A DNA stretch of 64,000 bases from an uncultured Phycisphaerales bacterium (GTDB lineage: Bacteria; Planctomycetota; Phycisphaerae; WQYP01). The translations under genes and the position numbers were made by a program. Under the pieces are notes generated by a model that was given only the letters and a program-made list of their open reading frames with translations, searched no databases and had not been told where the DNA came from. Positions within the stretch are counted from its first letter, which is position 1. Each line of letters opens with the position of its first letter. Positions 46,597 to 57,628 of the stretch are shown one piece after another. The stretch spans positions 120,523-184,522 of the forward strand of contig CAVYBP010000010.1 in NCBI GenBank assembly GCA_963766775.1, in the 5' to 3' direction.

Positions 46597-48492
46597 TTAA
46601 GGTGGGCGTTTTGTGGTGGTGGGGGTGATGCGGGTCCAGACGCGGGTGCGCCAGGTGTGGAAGATGTAGCAGCGCCATTCGTAGTGCCATGGGTAGCGTT
46701 CTTCGGCGTCGAGTTTCCAGCGTGGGCCGAGGCGTTTGGCGAGGGATTCGTTGGAGAGTATTTCTTTGGGTTCGGTGAGGTCGCCGTAGCGGTCGGTGAG
46801 GATGATGGTTTTGACGGCGGGTGTGCTGCGCATTTCGGTGAGGAATGCGAGGCATTCGGCGGGGCTGTAGAGGCTGTAGCGCCAGTGCTCTTCGGGGATG
46901 AAGGGTTCTTGTTCGGGCGTGGGGCGTTCGCCTGCGGCGAGGTGGAAGGTGACTTGTTCGACGGGCATGGCGTAGGGGGTGGAGGGGTTGCCGATGGCGA
47001 GGCTGAGTTTCTTTTGGGGATCGTAGTAGCGTTTTGCGATTTCGGCGATGCGGTTGAACGGGGGGTTGCGGAGGATGAGGTGGTTGGAGAGTGATGAGAA
47101 GGTGCAGGCGGCGGTGACGAAAGTGATGGCGAGTGTTCGCAGGGGCCAGGTGGGGAGGCGGCGGAGCGAGGCGGCCATCCAGAGGAGCCATGCGGGTACG
47201 ATCATTCCGAGGTAGCGGGGCTCCCAGATTGCGGGCGGCGTGAAGCTTTGCCAGAGCCAGTTGTGCCACGGGGAGGTGTCGGGGATCCAGGTGAGGGCGA
47301 GGGCGGTGGAGGGGATAAGGATCCAGGCGGCGACCCACCACCAGCGTCGGCGGGTGACGGATTGGATGCGTTCGGGGCTTCGGCGGATGCCGCGCCAGGG
47401 GATGAGGCCGAGGAGTAGGATCGCGAGGAAGGCGATGGCGACGTAGAGTTGTGCGTCAGCCATCCAATGCCAGGAGCGGGTGGCGAGGTGGCGGTTGAAG
47501 TCGCTGTCGCCAAGTTCGAACCAGTCTTGCAGGCGAGCCCAGTCGGCTTTATCACCGGTAAGGGCGGCGGCGGGTGCAAAGGGGTGGAGGAGCAGATGGC
47601 CGATGTTGAGGGTGGGTTCGGTGGGGGGGCTGCTGGGATAGACGGGCCAGAGGTATCCGAGGAGATGGGAGCATGGGAGGCTGGCGAGGGTTTTCCAGGA
47701 CATGTCGGTGTAGCGGGTGATCCAGGAGAGTCCGCCGTCGGAATTTTGATCGACGACGCTGGTGAGCCATTGTGTGCGATAGGTGTACCAGTAGACGGGG
47801 AGGAGGGAGATGAGTCCGACGCCGGTGAGCCAGAGAGGGCCGTCGAGGCTTTTTAAGCGTGGGCGGGTGAGAAGAAAGAGGAGTTGGAGCGCGATGATGA
47901 ACCAGGCCATGGATTGCATGGCGGTCATGAGGAAGCCGGTGAGGACGAAGAGTGGGAACCAGAGGAGATGCTTGTGGGTGGTCTGCCATTTGAAAAAGAC
48001 GGCCATGTTGAGCGCGACGAAGAGCCACATGGCGGAGTACATTTTGATGTCGCGGGAATAGTAGATGAGGAAGGGATTGACGGCGGTGAGGAGGGCGACG
48101 AGGAGAGCGCCTTTGCGGTCGGTGAATTGTCGTGCGAGAAAGTACATGGCGGGGACGGTCAATGTGCCGAGGAGCGCGGGGAGGCTGCGCGTGGCGGCGG
48201 GGGAGAAGGCGAAGGAGCCGGAGCGGGTGTAATTTTCGATGGCGAGGCACCACCAGCGGAGAGCGGCGTACCATCCGGGAGGGAAGCCCTGGGTGGAGAG
48301 GCGTGCGAGGAGGTAGTCGAATGAGCCGCAGATACGGGCGACGGTGGAGGCTTCATCGGTCCAGTAGCATTGATAGCCGATGCGCCAGAAGCGGAGGAAC
48401 GCGCCGAGGGCTGTGAGGGCGAGGAGGCAGGCCCAGAGGAAGGGGGTTGAGGGGAAGCGGTTCCAACGGCTGAGGGCGGGTTGTTTGGACAT
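46597..48492 (-). CDS. GT-C membrane glycosyltransferase, GT39/ArnT-like (dolichyl-phosphate-mannose protein mannosyltransferase family)
   Basis: multi-TM N-terminal region with YWTDEAST...LPALLGTLTVPAMYFLARQ, large C-terminal soluble domain. Confidence 0.6.
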   Translation of the reverse strand: MSKQPALSRWNRFPSTPFLWACLLALTALGAFLRFWRIGYQCYWTDEASTVARICGSFDYLLARLSTQGFPPGWYAALRWWCLAIENYTRSGSFAFSPAATRSLPALLGTLTVPAMYFLARQFTDRKGALLVALLTAVNPFLIYYSRDIKMYSAMWLFVALNMAVFFKWQTTHKHLLWFPLFVLTGFLMTAMQSMAWFIIALQLLFLLTRPRLKSLDGPLWLTGVGLISLLPVYWYTYRTQWLTSVVDQNSDGGLSWITRYTDMSWKTLASLPCSHLLGYLWPVYPSSPPTEPTLNIGHLLLHPFAPAAALTGDKADWARLQDWFELGDSDFNRHLATRSWHWMADAQLYVAIAFLAILLLGLIPWRGIRRSPERIQSVTRRRWWWVAAWILIPSTALALTWIPDTSPWHNWLWQSFTPPAIWEPRYLGMIVPAWLLWMAASLRRLPTWPLRTLAITFVTAACTFSSLSNHLILRNPPFNRIAEIAKRYYDPQKKLSLAIGNPSTPYAMPVEQVTFHLAAGERPTPEQEPFIPEEHWRYSLYSPAECLAFLTEMRSTPAVKTIILTDRYGDLTEPKEILSNESLAKRLGPRWKLDAEERYPWHYEWRCYIFHTWRTRVWTRITPTTTKRPP

Positions 48493-48707
48493 GGGTGGCG
48501 GGTATGTGGGGCGCGGTGCTTCGCAGAAGGCGCGGCGGGGGAGCCTTCGGGGGAGAGCGGCGGTGCGGAGGATGGGATGGGTGAACCGGTGGTCACGGAT
48601 TTGGGAACCTCACGCCGGGCAATGATGTGGGGATGTTACCAAAAGGGCGGAGGAAGGTGGGAGCGGGGGAGGCGTTTCCAATTTTTCTACGGTGGAAGAT
48701 GGTGCGA

Positions 48708-51207
48708 TCAGTCGAAGAAAAATGTTTCGCCAGTGTTGATGTTGAGGTTTTGGAGGGTGTTGAGGGTGCCGGTGAAATGGGTGGTGGAGTTGTCGAGGGT
48801 GAGGGTGGGGAGGTTTTGGAAGAAGACGATTCCGCCGGCGGTGGGGCCGATCTGGGTATCGGTCATGGTGAAAAGTTGGGAAGGATCTTGACCGAAGATA
48901 CGGAGTTCGTCGTTGGAGGCGGCGGTGGCGTTGAGGCTGATGTTGCCGCCGGGGATGGGTGAGCCGTTGGTGAAATCGATGGTGAGAATGTTGTCGGTGC
49001 CGGAGAGGTTGAAGGTGAGGGAGGGGAGTTTGGCGAGGGCGATCTGGTAGGTGGGTGTGGAGGAGGGGGTGGTTCCGGTGGAGATTTGGAGAAAGGTGTC
49101 AGAGGGGTCGACGGCGACGTAGTAGGAATCGGAGTTGGTGGTGGTGTTGAAGATGGTGGAGAAGTTGCCGAAGTTTTGGCCGGTGATGGCGGTAAAGAGC
49201 GGCGCGGTGGCGTAGCCGCTGCCACCGTTGGGGGTGGTGAGGACATCGCCGGCGGGGACGATCTCGCGGATGTTGTAGGAAGCGCCGAGGGGCAGGTTGG
49301 CAAAGGAGTATGCCCCGGCGGCATTGCTGGTGGTGGTCCAGACGTCAGTGGTGCCGGTGGTGACGCTGAGCGACCAGGATTGGAGGGTGCCGGTGTTGCC
49401 GGAAACGGTGTCTGCGACGCGAAGTTTCCAGGTGCCGTTGGCGGATTTACCGTTGAAGTCGGCGAGTGCGTTCTTGGGCCTGTAAGTACCGGAAAAGGGC
49501 GCGGCACCGGAGGAGATGCCGGTGGAGGCCTGATCGCTGAATGTTGTGCCGGTGAAGTTTGATCCGTTGCCACCCACGCCGTCGGCAAGTGCAATCTGGT
49601 TACCGTCGGGCGCTGATGAGATAGATCGTCAGGTCGGAGTCTCGCGCGTGGCCGATGGTAAGGGTGACGGAGAGGTTGGAAATCGGGTCGGTGGTGCCGC
49701 TGATTTGAATACTTGACGAGGCTCCGAGGCGGGAGGCATCGGGTATGAGCATGCTGGAGGTATTGGACACGGTATTGGTGGCACCGGTTTCGAGAACGCC
49801 ATCGTTGTTGGAATCCAGGTAGACGGTGACGCCGCTGAGGGCGGGGTCTGTGGCATCCTTCAGGTTATTGGTGTTGTTGTCCTGAAAAACGGTGCCGGAG
49901 ACGGAGGACGTACCCATGAGGCCGTAAACGAGTTTGTTCACGATGGGCGATCCGCGTCCGGTGACGAGGTCGTATCCTGTGGCGGCGCTATAACCGGAAG
50001 GGAAGTTGGCGTTCGCGTTGCTGCCGGTGAGCACATCGTGAAAATCGCCGGCGGGAAGTTGATAGAGGAGCGGCAATGTTTGGCTGGGACCATCAAGAGA
50101 TGTGAGGCCAAGCGTCGCGCGGCCCTGATCGGCAATGGCGACCATGCCGGCCATGAGAGGAGCGGAGAGGCTGGTCCCGCCGACGCGAATCCAGGGACTG
50201 GATGCGAAATCGTAGGAGTCATAGACGGCAACGCCCGTTTGCGGATCGGCGACGGCGGAGATATCGGGATTGGTGCGAGCCGTATCGCTTTGTGTGGCGA
50301 TGCCGTCCTGATAGGTTGGCTTTGCTTCGTAATTGCTGATTCCACCGCCGCTGCCGCTCCACCCGGTTTCGGAATTGTAGGCATTGCTGGAAGTGAGGGA
50401 CAACGAGGTGCCGCCGACGGCGACGACGTTGGGGGATGCGGCGGGATATTCGGTAGGTGAGCCGCTATCGCCCGTGGAAGCGAGAAAAGTGACGCCGGGA
50501 TGTCCCGCGGGGGTGGTGAAGAAAGAGTCGAGGCCGGTTTCACTGCCAAATTCGCTGCTGCCGAAGCTCATGGAGATGGTGGAAACGCCGGGCTGTCTGG
50601 CGGCCCATGTGGCGGCGGCTTGGACCAGGTTCTGATACTGGCTGTCGACGGCTTCGACGAGAATAATTTTCGCGCCCGGAGCCGCTGCGTGCGCCCATTC
50701 GACATCGAGCGATTCTTCGATGGACCAATTGGTACTTCCTGATGCGGCGGGGAAGTTGGCACTTCCGTTCTGAGCGACTTTGGTAAAGGAGGGCGGGGCG
50801 GGAAGGCCGAATTGAGTGTCAAATGTGTTGAGGTCGGTGATGATATTGGGATCGTCAAAGGCGTCAATGATGGCGATCGTTTGGCCGGTACCATCGCCTT
50901 GGGTCGAGCCAAAGCGAACCTGATCGAATCCGTATGCCTGCCGGATTTGGGCAGGTGTGAAAGCATTGCCAGGGGGGGTGGTGGCGTTGGGCGAGGCATG
51001 ACCGTTTACGATTGCGACGGGATTGGCACGGTTGGTGAGAGCATGACGGCGGCGTGAGGCGATCCATTCATCCGCGATTTCCCGGAGGGTTTCTTTCCAA
51101 GGGGCTGAACTGTCGGCAAAGGTGTGAACTGAGGACAGCAGAACTCGTGATTCGAGGCATTCAAGGAATCCGAAGCGAGACAGAGAGCGGTTACGGCGAA
51201 CGAGCAT
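48708..51207 (-). CDS. secreted S53 (sedolisin/kumamolisin-like) serine peptidase fused to a proprotein-convertase P-domain and Ig-like repeats; frameshift near 49590
   Basis: N-terminal RFGFLECLESRVLLS planctomycete-type motif, prodomain TPAQIRQAYGFD, catalytic GGTSLSAP; P-domain NGTWKLRVADTVSGNTGTLQSWSL in ORF 48708-49577. Confidence 0.55.
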
Positions 51208-51419
51208 CGTTTATCCAAAAGAAAACGCCAAACAGGGTCAGAGGGGGAGAGAGGGAAAATCATATATAGACAATGCCACAAATCCACCGAGAGGCAAGCT
51301 GTACCATTTTGGTAGGGTATTTTTGTGAAAAGGTTAAGGGTTTGGTTGTCTTGGGCAAGGTTGGGGGGCCACATTCCTATAAATCGCCCGGGAAAACGCA
51401 TCGTCACGCGGTTTTCGAC

Positions 51420-52495
51420 CTATTGGGGAGGGCTTTTATAGAGGGCGGAGTAGTCGGTGTCGGTGGGGTGTTGGGCGTACCAGGCGAACAGAAATGAGTA
51501 GACTCGCAGTGCGTGGGGTTGCGTTGCGGGGGGGGGTGGGGTTGCGATTGCTGCTTCGGTGGTGGCTTTCCAGTGGGTTCCATCGGTGGTGGTGAGAATG
51601 AGGGGGGTTTTGAAGGGGAGGGTGGAAGTGGGCCACGGGGGGGTGGGGGCGACGGGGAAGCGGATGTCGTCGGTGGCGAGGTAGAGGTTGAAGGGGTCCT
51701 GGGCGTCGGTGTAGGACTGTTTCAGGGTGCGCAGGCCGCGGAAGACGCGGGTGGCGGGGTGGGCGGCGAGCCATTGTTTCCAAGTGGTCAACTCGAAGGG
51801 GAGGAGGGTAAGCGACTTGCCGGCGGCGGGGCCGGCGATGGCGCGGAAGGAGAGTTGGGACCACAGCGATTCCTGCGCGGGGTCTGGATGGCGGTCGAAG
51901 AGGAGGAGGTTGGAGTTGTACAGGAGGCCGGAGACGCCGAATTCGAGGCCGGAGGCGGGGGCGGGGACTGGGGAGGGGGGGGGGGGGCGGGGCGGGTGAA
52001 GACGACGGCGCTGCCGGAGAGGGCGGACCAGGTGACGGCGAAGGGGGTGTTGGCGATTCGGTCGTTGACGATTTCGTGGAGGTTCATGAAGCGGATGGGG
52101 TAGGCGCGGGCCTGGCCGTCGATGAGGACGCCGATGACGCGGTCGGGGCCGAGGAGGAAGGGGGTGTAGTCGTGCTGGTTCATGAGCTCGACTTCGGGCG
52201 GGGAGAGGGTTTCGACGAGCGATTCGGGGACGGCACGGACGGCGTCCTTGGGCTTTCCGGAGGGGATGAGCTGTTCGCGCGGGACGGTGAGGTTGGCGAG
52301 GTTGAAGTGGTAGGAGTCGAGATGCTGGCCGTCGCCGACGGCGGAACGGAACCCGGTCTGCCACACCGGGATGAGGACGATGACAGCGGAGAGGAGGGTG
52401 AGGATCGCGGCAAGGAGGAGGACCCAGCCGCCGGAGGAGAAGGTGAGGAGGCGGGTGGGGGGGTGGGGCGGCGGGATTTCTGGTGGGTGTTGCAT
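51420..52495 (-). CDS. membrane-anchored DUF3179-like protein interrupted at an internal G13 (poly-Pro-coding) tract
   Basis: N-terminal TM (GWVLLLAAILTLLSAVIVLI) and DYTPFLLGPDRVIGVLIDGQARAYP in ORF 51788-52495; C-terminal half in ORF 51420-52364; frames switch at G13 tract 51975-51987. Confidence 0.45.
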
Positions 52496-53429
52496 GGTGC
52501 GTATGGTAGCGGGATGCGCGGGGTTTGGGGTGGGTAAATTGTAATTGGTAAATAGTAATTGGCGATTTCTTTGAGCGCGGTTGGGGGCAAGGTGCTCATT
52601 GGGTTTGCGCAGGTGCGCAAATGGGAAAGTGGTGTAAGTGGTTGGGGATGCGGGGGTTGGTTCGAGGTGCGCAAGATGCTCATTTTATTTTTTAATTCGA
52701 GGGCGAGTGTTGGGGCTTGGGTCTTGAGTCTTGGGGGGTGGGGAGGGAATGCTGAATGTGGAGTTCTGAATGGTGAAGGGGAGAGTGGGTGCATGGTGGT
52801 CTCCTATAGAGGGGCGGTGCGCCCGAGTTTGTGCGCACAGGATCGCGGGGTGGAGGATGCAAGTGGTTGTGGGGGTGTGGGTTGGGTTTTTTGGAGGGGT
52901 GGAAAATTTGTGGCGGGAGGGGTTGGGCTGTGCGCACAGGCGGTTAAAGGAATTGTTGGGGGGGGGGTCGACTTTTAGAGTGTTTGGGGATATGCGGGTG
53001 GGCAATTTTTTTTTGGGGGGGGGGGCGTGCCGGGAGAAGGGTGGTGGGTGACATTTTGGCGGTCTTTTGTGGCTCGCCGAGCGAAAAAAATGTTTGGGAC
53101 CTCACTTTGCTGGATTCCTCTGTCCTTCTATTAAATTTAATTATAGATATATTCATGTCTCCATTAAAAATGGAGTTGGTTTTTTTATAGGGGTATGGAG
53201 TGGTGAGGGGTGGGTGGGTTTGGGGGAGGTTTTTTTTGGGGGGGGTTGAGGGTGGTGGTGGTGTGGTGCCGGGGGCGGGGTGGTTGTCTGAGGATGGGGG
53301 GTTGGGGTTTGGGGCTTTTGGGGGGTGATTGGAGGGGTAGCGGGGGCGGATGGATCGGGCGGTTTCGGAGGAGGATGGGCCGGCGGTTGGGAGTACGCGG
53401 GTAGACATTTTAGGCGGTCTGTGCGTGAC
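52496..53429. other. 0.9-kb G-rich (plus strand) gene-free low-complexity region with poly-G tracts, repeated TGCGCA boxes and an AT-rich hairpin
   Basis: no ORF with protein-like composition; G8-G12 runs at 52966, 53014, 53237; GTGCGCACAGG x2, AGGTGCGCAA x2; CTCCATTAAAAATGGAG hairpin + T-run at 53158-53187. Confidence 0.5.
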
Positions 53430-54041
53430 TCACCGCGAAAACAAAGATGTTTGACCCCCCTTTCTTCGCCCCGTCAATTTGCTGTTAGTTCGCCTTCTTA
53501 ACCGCCTAGGCCCTACTGCGACCAGCACATGGTGCACGACAAATCGTCCATCCAATCGATCATGACTAGTATCGACGCTCCATTTATAATGGGGTAGGAA
53601 CGTCGATGGAGTGCATACAGAGTTTTGTGTCGGCATCTTCAATGTTGATTTCAGTGCTCGTATTTCCTCTTGGATGTCGCGGAAAGCTGTGGCCACCTTA
53701 TCGTCCATGACATAGCCAACCATGCCTCCGCAGGGTAATCCCTGAGAATACCGGCCTTCTACAAAGCGTTGAACACCTTCTACCACATATTTATCGACGA
53801 GATTTTTGAATCCAGAATTGGTCGTGACCCGCAATCGCTTACATTCCACAGTGAAGAAGATCGACTGGCGATGGTGATGATCTAAAGGGTAGAACCGAAT
53901 GTCATTTCGTCCCGTCTCAGTTCCGAATGTGGAGTCGGTAACGGGATCCTCCAAGGTAACGAACCAGTTACGCCCCGCTGCTACATAGGCGTCGATGAGG
54001 GCATGTCGGAACAATGCCGTAATCGGCTCTTCCAAGAGCAC
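53430..54041 (-). CDS. hypothetical PD-(D/E)xK nuclease-like protein in low-GC island
   Basis: YPLD-x13-ECK arrangement (FYPLDHHHRQSIFFTVECKRL) resembling restriction-endonuclease-fold motifs; C-terminal ~25 codons look like read-through into G-rich DNA. Confidence 0.35.
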   Translation of the reverse strand: MLLEEPITALFRHALIDAYVAAGRNWFVTLEDPVTDSTFGTETGRNDIRFYPLDHHHRQSIFFTVECKRLRVTTNSGFKNLVDKYVVEGVQRFVEGRYSQGLPCGGMVGYVMDDKVATAFRDIQEEIRALKSTLKMPTQNSVCTPSTFLPHYKWSVDTSHDRLDGRFVVHHVLVAVGPRRLRRRTNSKLTGRRKGGQTSLFSR

Positions 54042-54153
54042 CCGGTGGTGGATACAGAATTTGCGCAGGTTTCTAGGACGTGCAACATAACTTCACCAGC
54101 AAATCCGACTGGAAATAGCTGCCGCCGAAAGTCGATGGTGGAGCCGGAATGGC

Positions 54154-57100
54154 TCAATCTCGCCATCCATTCTCCTTCATCATCCGTGTAAGTATCTCGT
54201 CCGCGTCATTCATCGCTGAAGTGCGTGTCCAGTGGCGACGATTTAGTGGTTTTAGGATGTGAACTCTGTCGGCCTCGTAGAGCACAAAGCCTTTTAGACG
54301 TGTGAATTGGACACCATGGTCCGATGTCTGCTGGCGAATACTTTCCAACAAATTTACAACATTATCGTCGACCTGGTCCTCGCAGTATTTCTTAGGCTGG
54401 TCGCCGAGACCAAGGGTTATGAGGGCTAAGCCGATCTTGGTCGCAACATGTCCTTCCGCCCAAAGGCTTCTATTGGTCCTACTCCAGTCGCGAAAATTCT
54501 TCACCAAGCTTTCCGCGTATTCCCTTCGATGTACGGGGTTAGACGGCGCGACGGTCAAAAGCCTGTCTGATAAGAGAGAACCAGGGGTGGAGCTTGGGCG
54601 AAAGAGTCCGACAGTGTCCTGCACTAGCTGCAACTCCCAATCGCACATTTCGAAATATTTGTATACCAGATCGTGTAAATCCTGTTGAGCAGCTTCAATC
54701 AAACCCTCCCTTTGCAGAAAGTTATTTGGCTTTTGTATTTCGCTACGTAGTTTACGCATGCGGCTTGCGCCGGTTTTCAATATGGACTCGCTAAGTTTTG
54801 GATTTGGCATGTCCTCCGGCAACGGAAATGGTAGTTCCAAAATTTCCTCTAATCGAGCAACGTCTCGCTCTATCCCAATGTTTGCCGTGGTGTGGAAAAG
54901 GAGGTATTGGGTCAGTGGGCTGGACAGGACAATCGTCAAGAACAGCAGCTCATCCTCCTCGTGGGAGGGCGCCACATATGGCTTGGAAATCGTGTTGGAA
55001 AAGCACGTCAAAATTCGAAAAGAGAAATTTTGTACAGGCTTGGTTGATAAGAATCAACGGTGCCTCATAAATCAGCGGGTTTCGTTCCCGATGGAGCCCT
55101 TCCTGCTTGTATCGATTTCCGATGGGTTCGCAATCGCTACGCAATAAAAATAGATCGTGAACCGTTGCATCTGCCGCAAGAAAAAGATCAGTGTCTTTCC
55201 AGAAAATTAGCTTAGGAACTGTCGTACTCGCGGTTGCAGGCTGAAATCCCTGACCCTTATACCATTCCCTTGTTCGCTTTTTGGAAACTAAATTATTCTT
55301 TGGAGGGCGCTTGGCCAAACGTTTCAGTTTTGGCAGTTTCATAAGGCGTTCAAGCAATCGCACATCACGTGGGGTGCCCCAGTGCTGCCTTTTCCACTCC
55401 GCGGCAGCCTCCTTTTTCTGCGCAGCCGAAACAATGTCTGATTCATAAAGGATTTTTTGGTCTTCCGGTAAAACGGGAATTATTGCTTCACGCGGATCAA
55501 TTAATTCAACTTTTGGCGACACAAATTCGAAGCTTCCCAATTGCTCATCAATATCGCGAATGTGATAACGGCTGATAAAGCAAGGACAGTCTGCGTTCGG
55601 AAATAGGACGAAGCTCCAATCTGCGAGTAACCAGACTGTTTCTAAACGATGATGTTCAAGCCAAGCTGACTGGAAGCGGTTCGTGTTGTTACTGAGAAAG
55701 ACTCGCGACGGCAAGATTTGACAAACTCGACCTCGTTCAGAGGTATGCAAGCCCGCCTTCCACATAAACCCACACGCGAGTTCGCGGGCTGGGAATAACG
55801 CTTGGCTACGATCGTCGCTCTCTAGATGGGAAAAGTATGGATTCAAGTCGATAGAAAATAGCCAATCTTCGACGACCGGAGCCGGCTTCCGGCTGACCCA
55901 TGGGGGGTTACCGATTACCAGGTCGAATTCCTTTTCGGCGGATAAATCGAAGAAATCTAACTGTCGAATCGTCGGAAAGTGTGGCAGTCTGGGGCGAGGT
56001 TTGTCATGTTCCCAGAGTATTCGAGGCAAAATTCTTTGTTTTGTGTCACGATCTAATACGTCTTTCAACTCAATGATTTCTTTCGGATCCATCTGATCGA
56101 GAAACGCGAGGTAGAGGCTGAAACAACTGACGAAGCACGCTGTTGGATGAACGTCCATTCCTCGGAGGTTGTCCGATAGAAGACGCATCAGTTCATCATA
56201 TCGGCGTCGTGTGTTGGCTCCCGGATTTCGCTTCCGCCACTCCTCCGCCATGCGAATGAAAAGTATCACCAGGAATACGCCTGAGCCACACGCGGGATCG
56301 AAGCAGCGTTTATCTAATAATGTGTCCCACCCCTCGGTTCCGATGTCGACAGCCAGTTCAGCAAGGCGTGGTGGGGTATAATATGCGCCCAAGCTTCGCT
56401 GGCTGTGAGAGCCGGAACTTTCGTGTATGTTGGCTGTTCGCTTCGTGGCTTTCTTTTCTTCTTCTAGTTCGGCTTCTGCCTCGGCACCGAGAAATTCTTC
56501 ATAAATAGAACTGATTAGTTCGACAGGCACAAAGCCGAAGTGATAGAGTTTGAAGAGCGCAAGCTGACCCGTTCGTCAGATCTTCCCCTGAAAGGAAGCG
56601 CTGGAGATGCTCTACTTCTGTCTGCTGAATTTGGTAATCATCCAATAGGGGGCCGAAGAGCGAACCGTTAAAATCTCGTTGTAGCGATTTGAAAAGGACT
56701 TCGAGCGTTTGCGGTCCGTCCGTCGCACGTTGCAAAAGCCCGAGCATGTCATCGGCTTCGGGAAGGTTGGAAGCCTTCAGATAGGAGGCTCCGATGATCT
56801 GACGATCGAAGAAGGTAGCAGGAAAATAGAAATCTTCCAATGAGGGCATGTGTCTGGCGATAGCCCTTAGCACTTCTGGTTGGACAAATGAGGTCACGTA
56901 CCTCCCGAAGATTTTCGAGAAGATTTCGGTCCACGGAAAAATGTGGATCGAAAAGCGATTTATGTTCTCGGTAGATTGCGCCCGTCTCTACTCGATAAAT
57001 TAGTTGGCGCAGCCGCAAAGCGAGTTCAATCGACCGGAGATTTTGAATAGTTTCGTTTGGTAATTCTGCGCTGCTCTCAGAGCTGTTGCGCGTTGGCTTC

Positions 57101-57501
57101 ACAAACGTCGAGAAAACTTTAATATCGCGTTTTCCTTCGGCGATGAGGAGGGTGGTCGATCCGAGATTCCACAAGTTACGCCTGAGTGTTTCAACCTCTT
57201 CTGGCGACAGATTCCTCGCGTTTTTTATGCAGACCGAGGGTCTACCTTCGGTACAGAGAACTGCATCGATTTTCAGTTCGGTAAAAAATCTTCTCAGCGC
57301 ATGGCCATGTGAACGAAATTCCGGGGCGTTTTCCCATTGGTCGGAAGAGCGAATTAGGTGCGCATCCACACAGGCCTCCCATCCGTCGCTACGGAGCAGG
57401 GAGGATGTGGAGTTTCTCACTTCAACTGTCACGAGATTCACCTTTTTCGGACGGCTAACGGCAAAGGCCGTGACTGCAGCGTAAAGGCAGGTAGACCCCA
57501 C
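54154..57501 (-). CDS. MmeI-like Type IIL/IIG restriction-modification enzyme (nuclease-like N-domain + gamma-class N6-adenine methyltransferase + target-recognition domain), split over 4 ORFs by 2 apparent frameshifts
   Basis: LLIAEGK (cf. MmeI LLIEMK ExK), ALIGRFLFSCYL and DFNGSLF helical-linker motifs, GAYYTPP, FDPACGSGVFL (SAM motif I), VIGNPPW (motif IV); ORFs 56749-57501, 56499-56897, 54950-56530, 54154-55011; GC ~50% versus 63% background. Confidence 0.5.
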
Positions 57502-57628
57502 AATATGTGGTTAATCCATTCACGTTACGCAAGATATAGTATTCTTACCACCTCTTCGTTGACACTGCAATAGGCTGCAACCCTCCCTTGGGAGTAAACG
57601 CGCTGTTGCGGTGCAGTCATCAGAACCC

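Noticed and set aside
46526-47341. 271-aa minus-strand ORF and overlapping ORFs 47552-48274 and 48159-48596
   Set aside because: Alternative frames of the GT39 membrane glycosyltransferase gene; compositionally biased.
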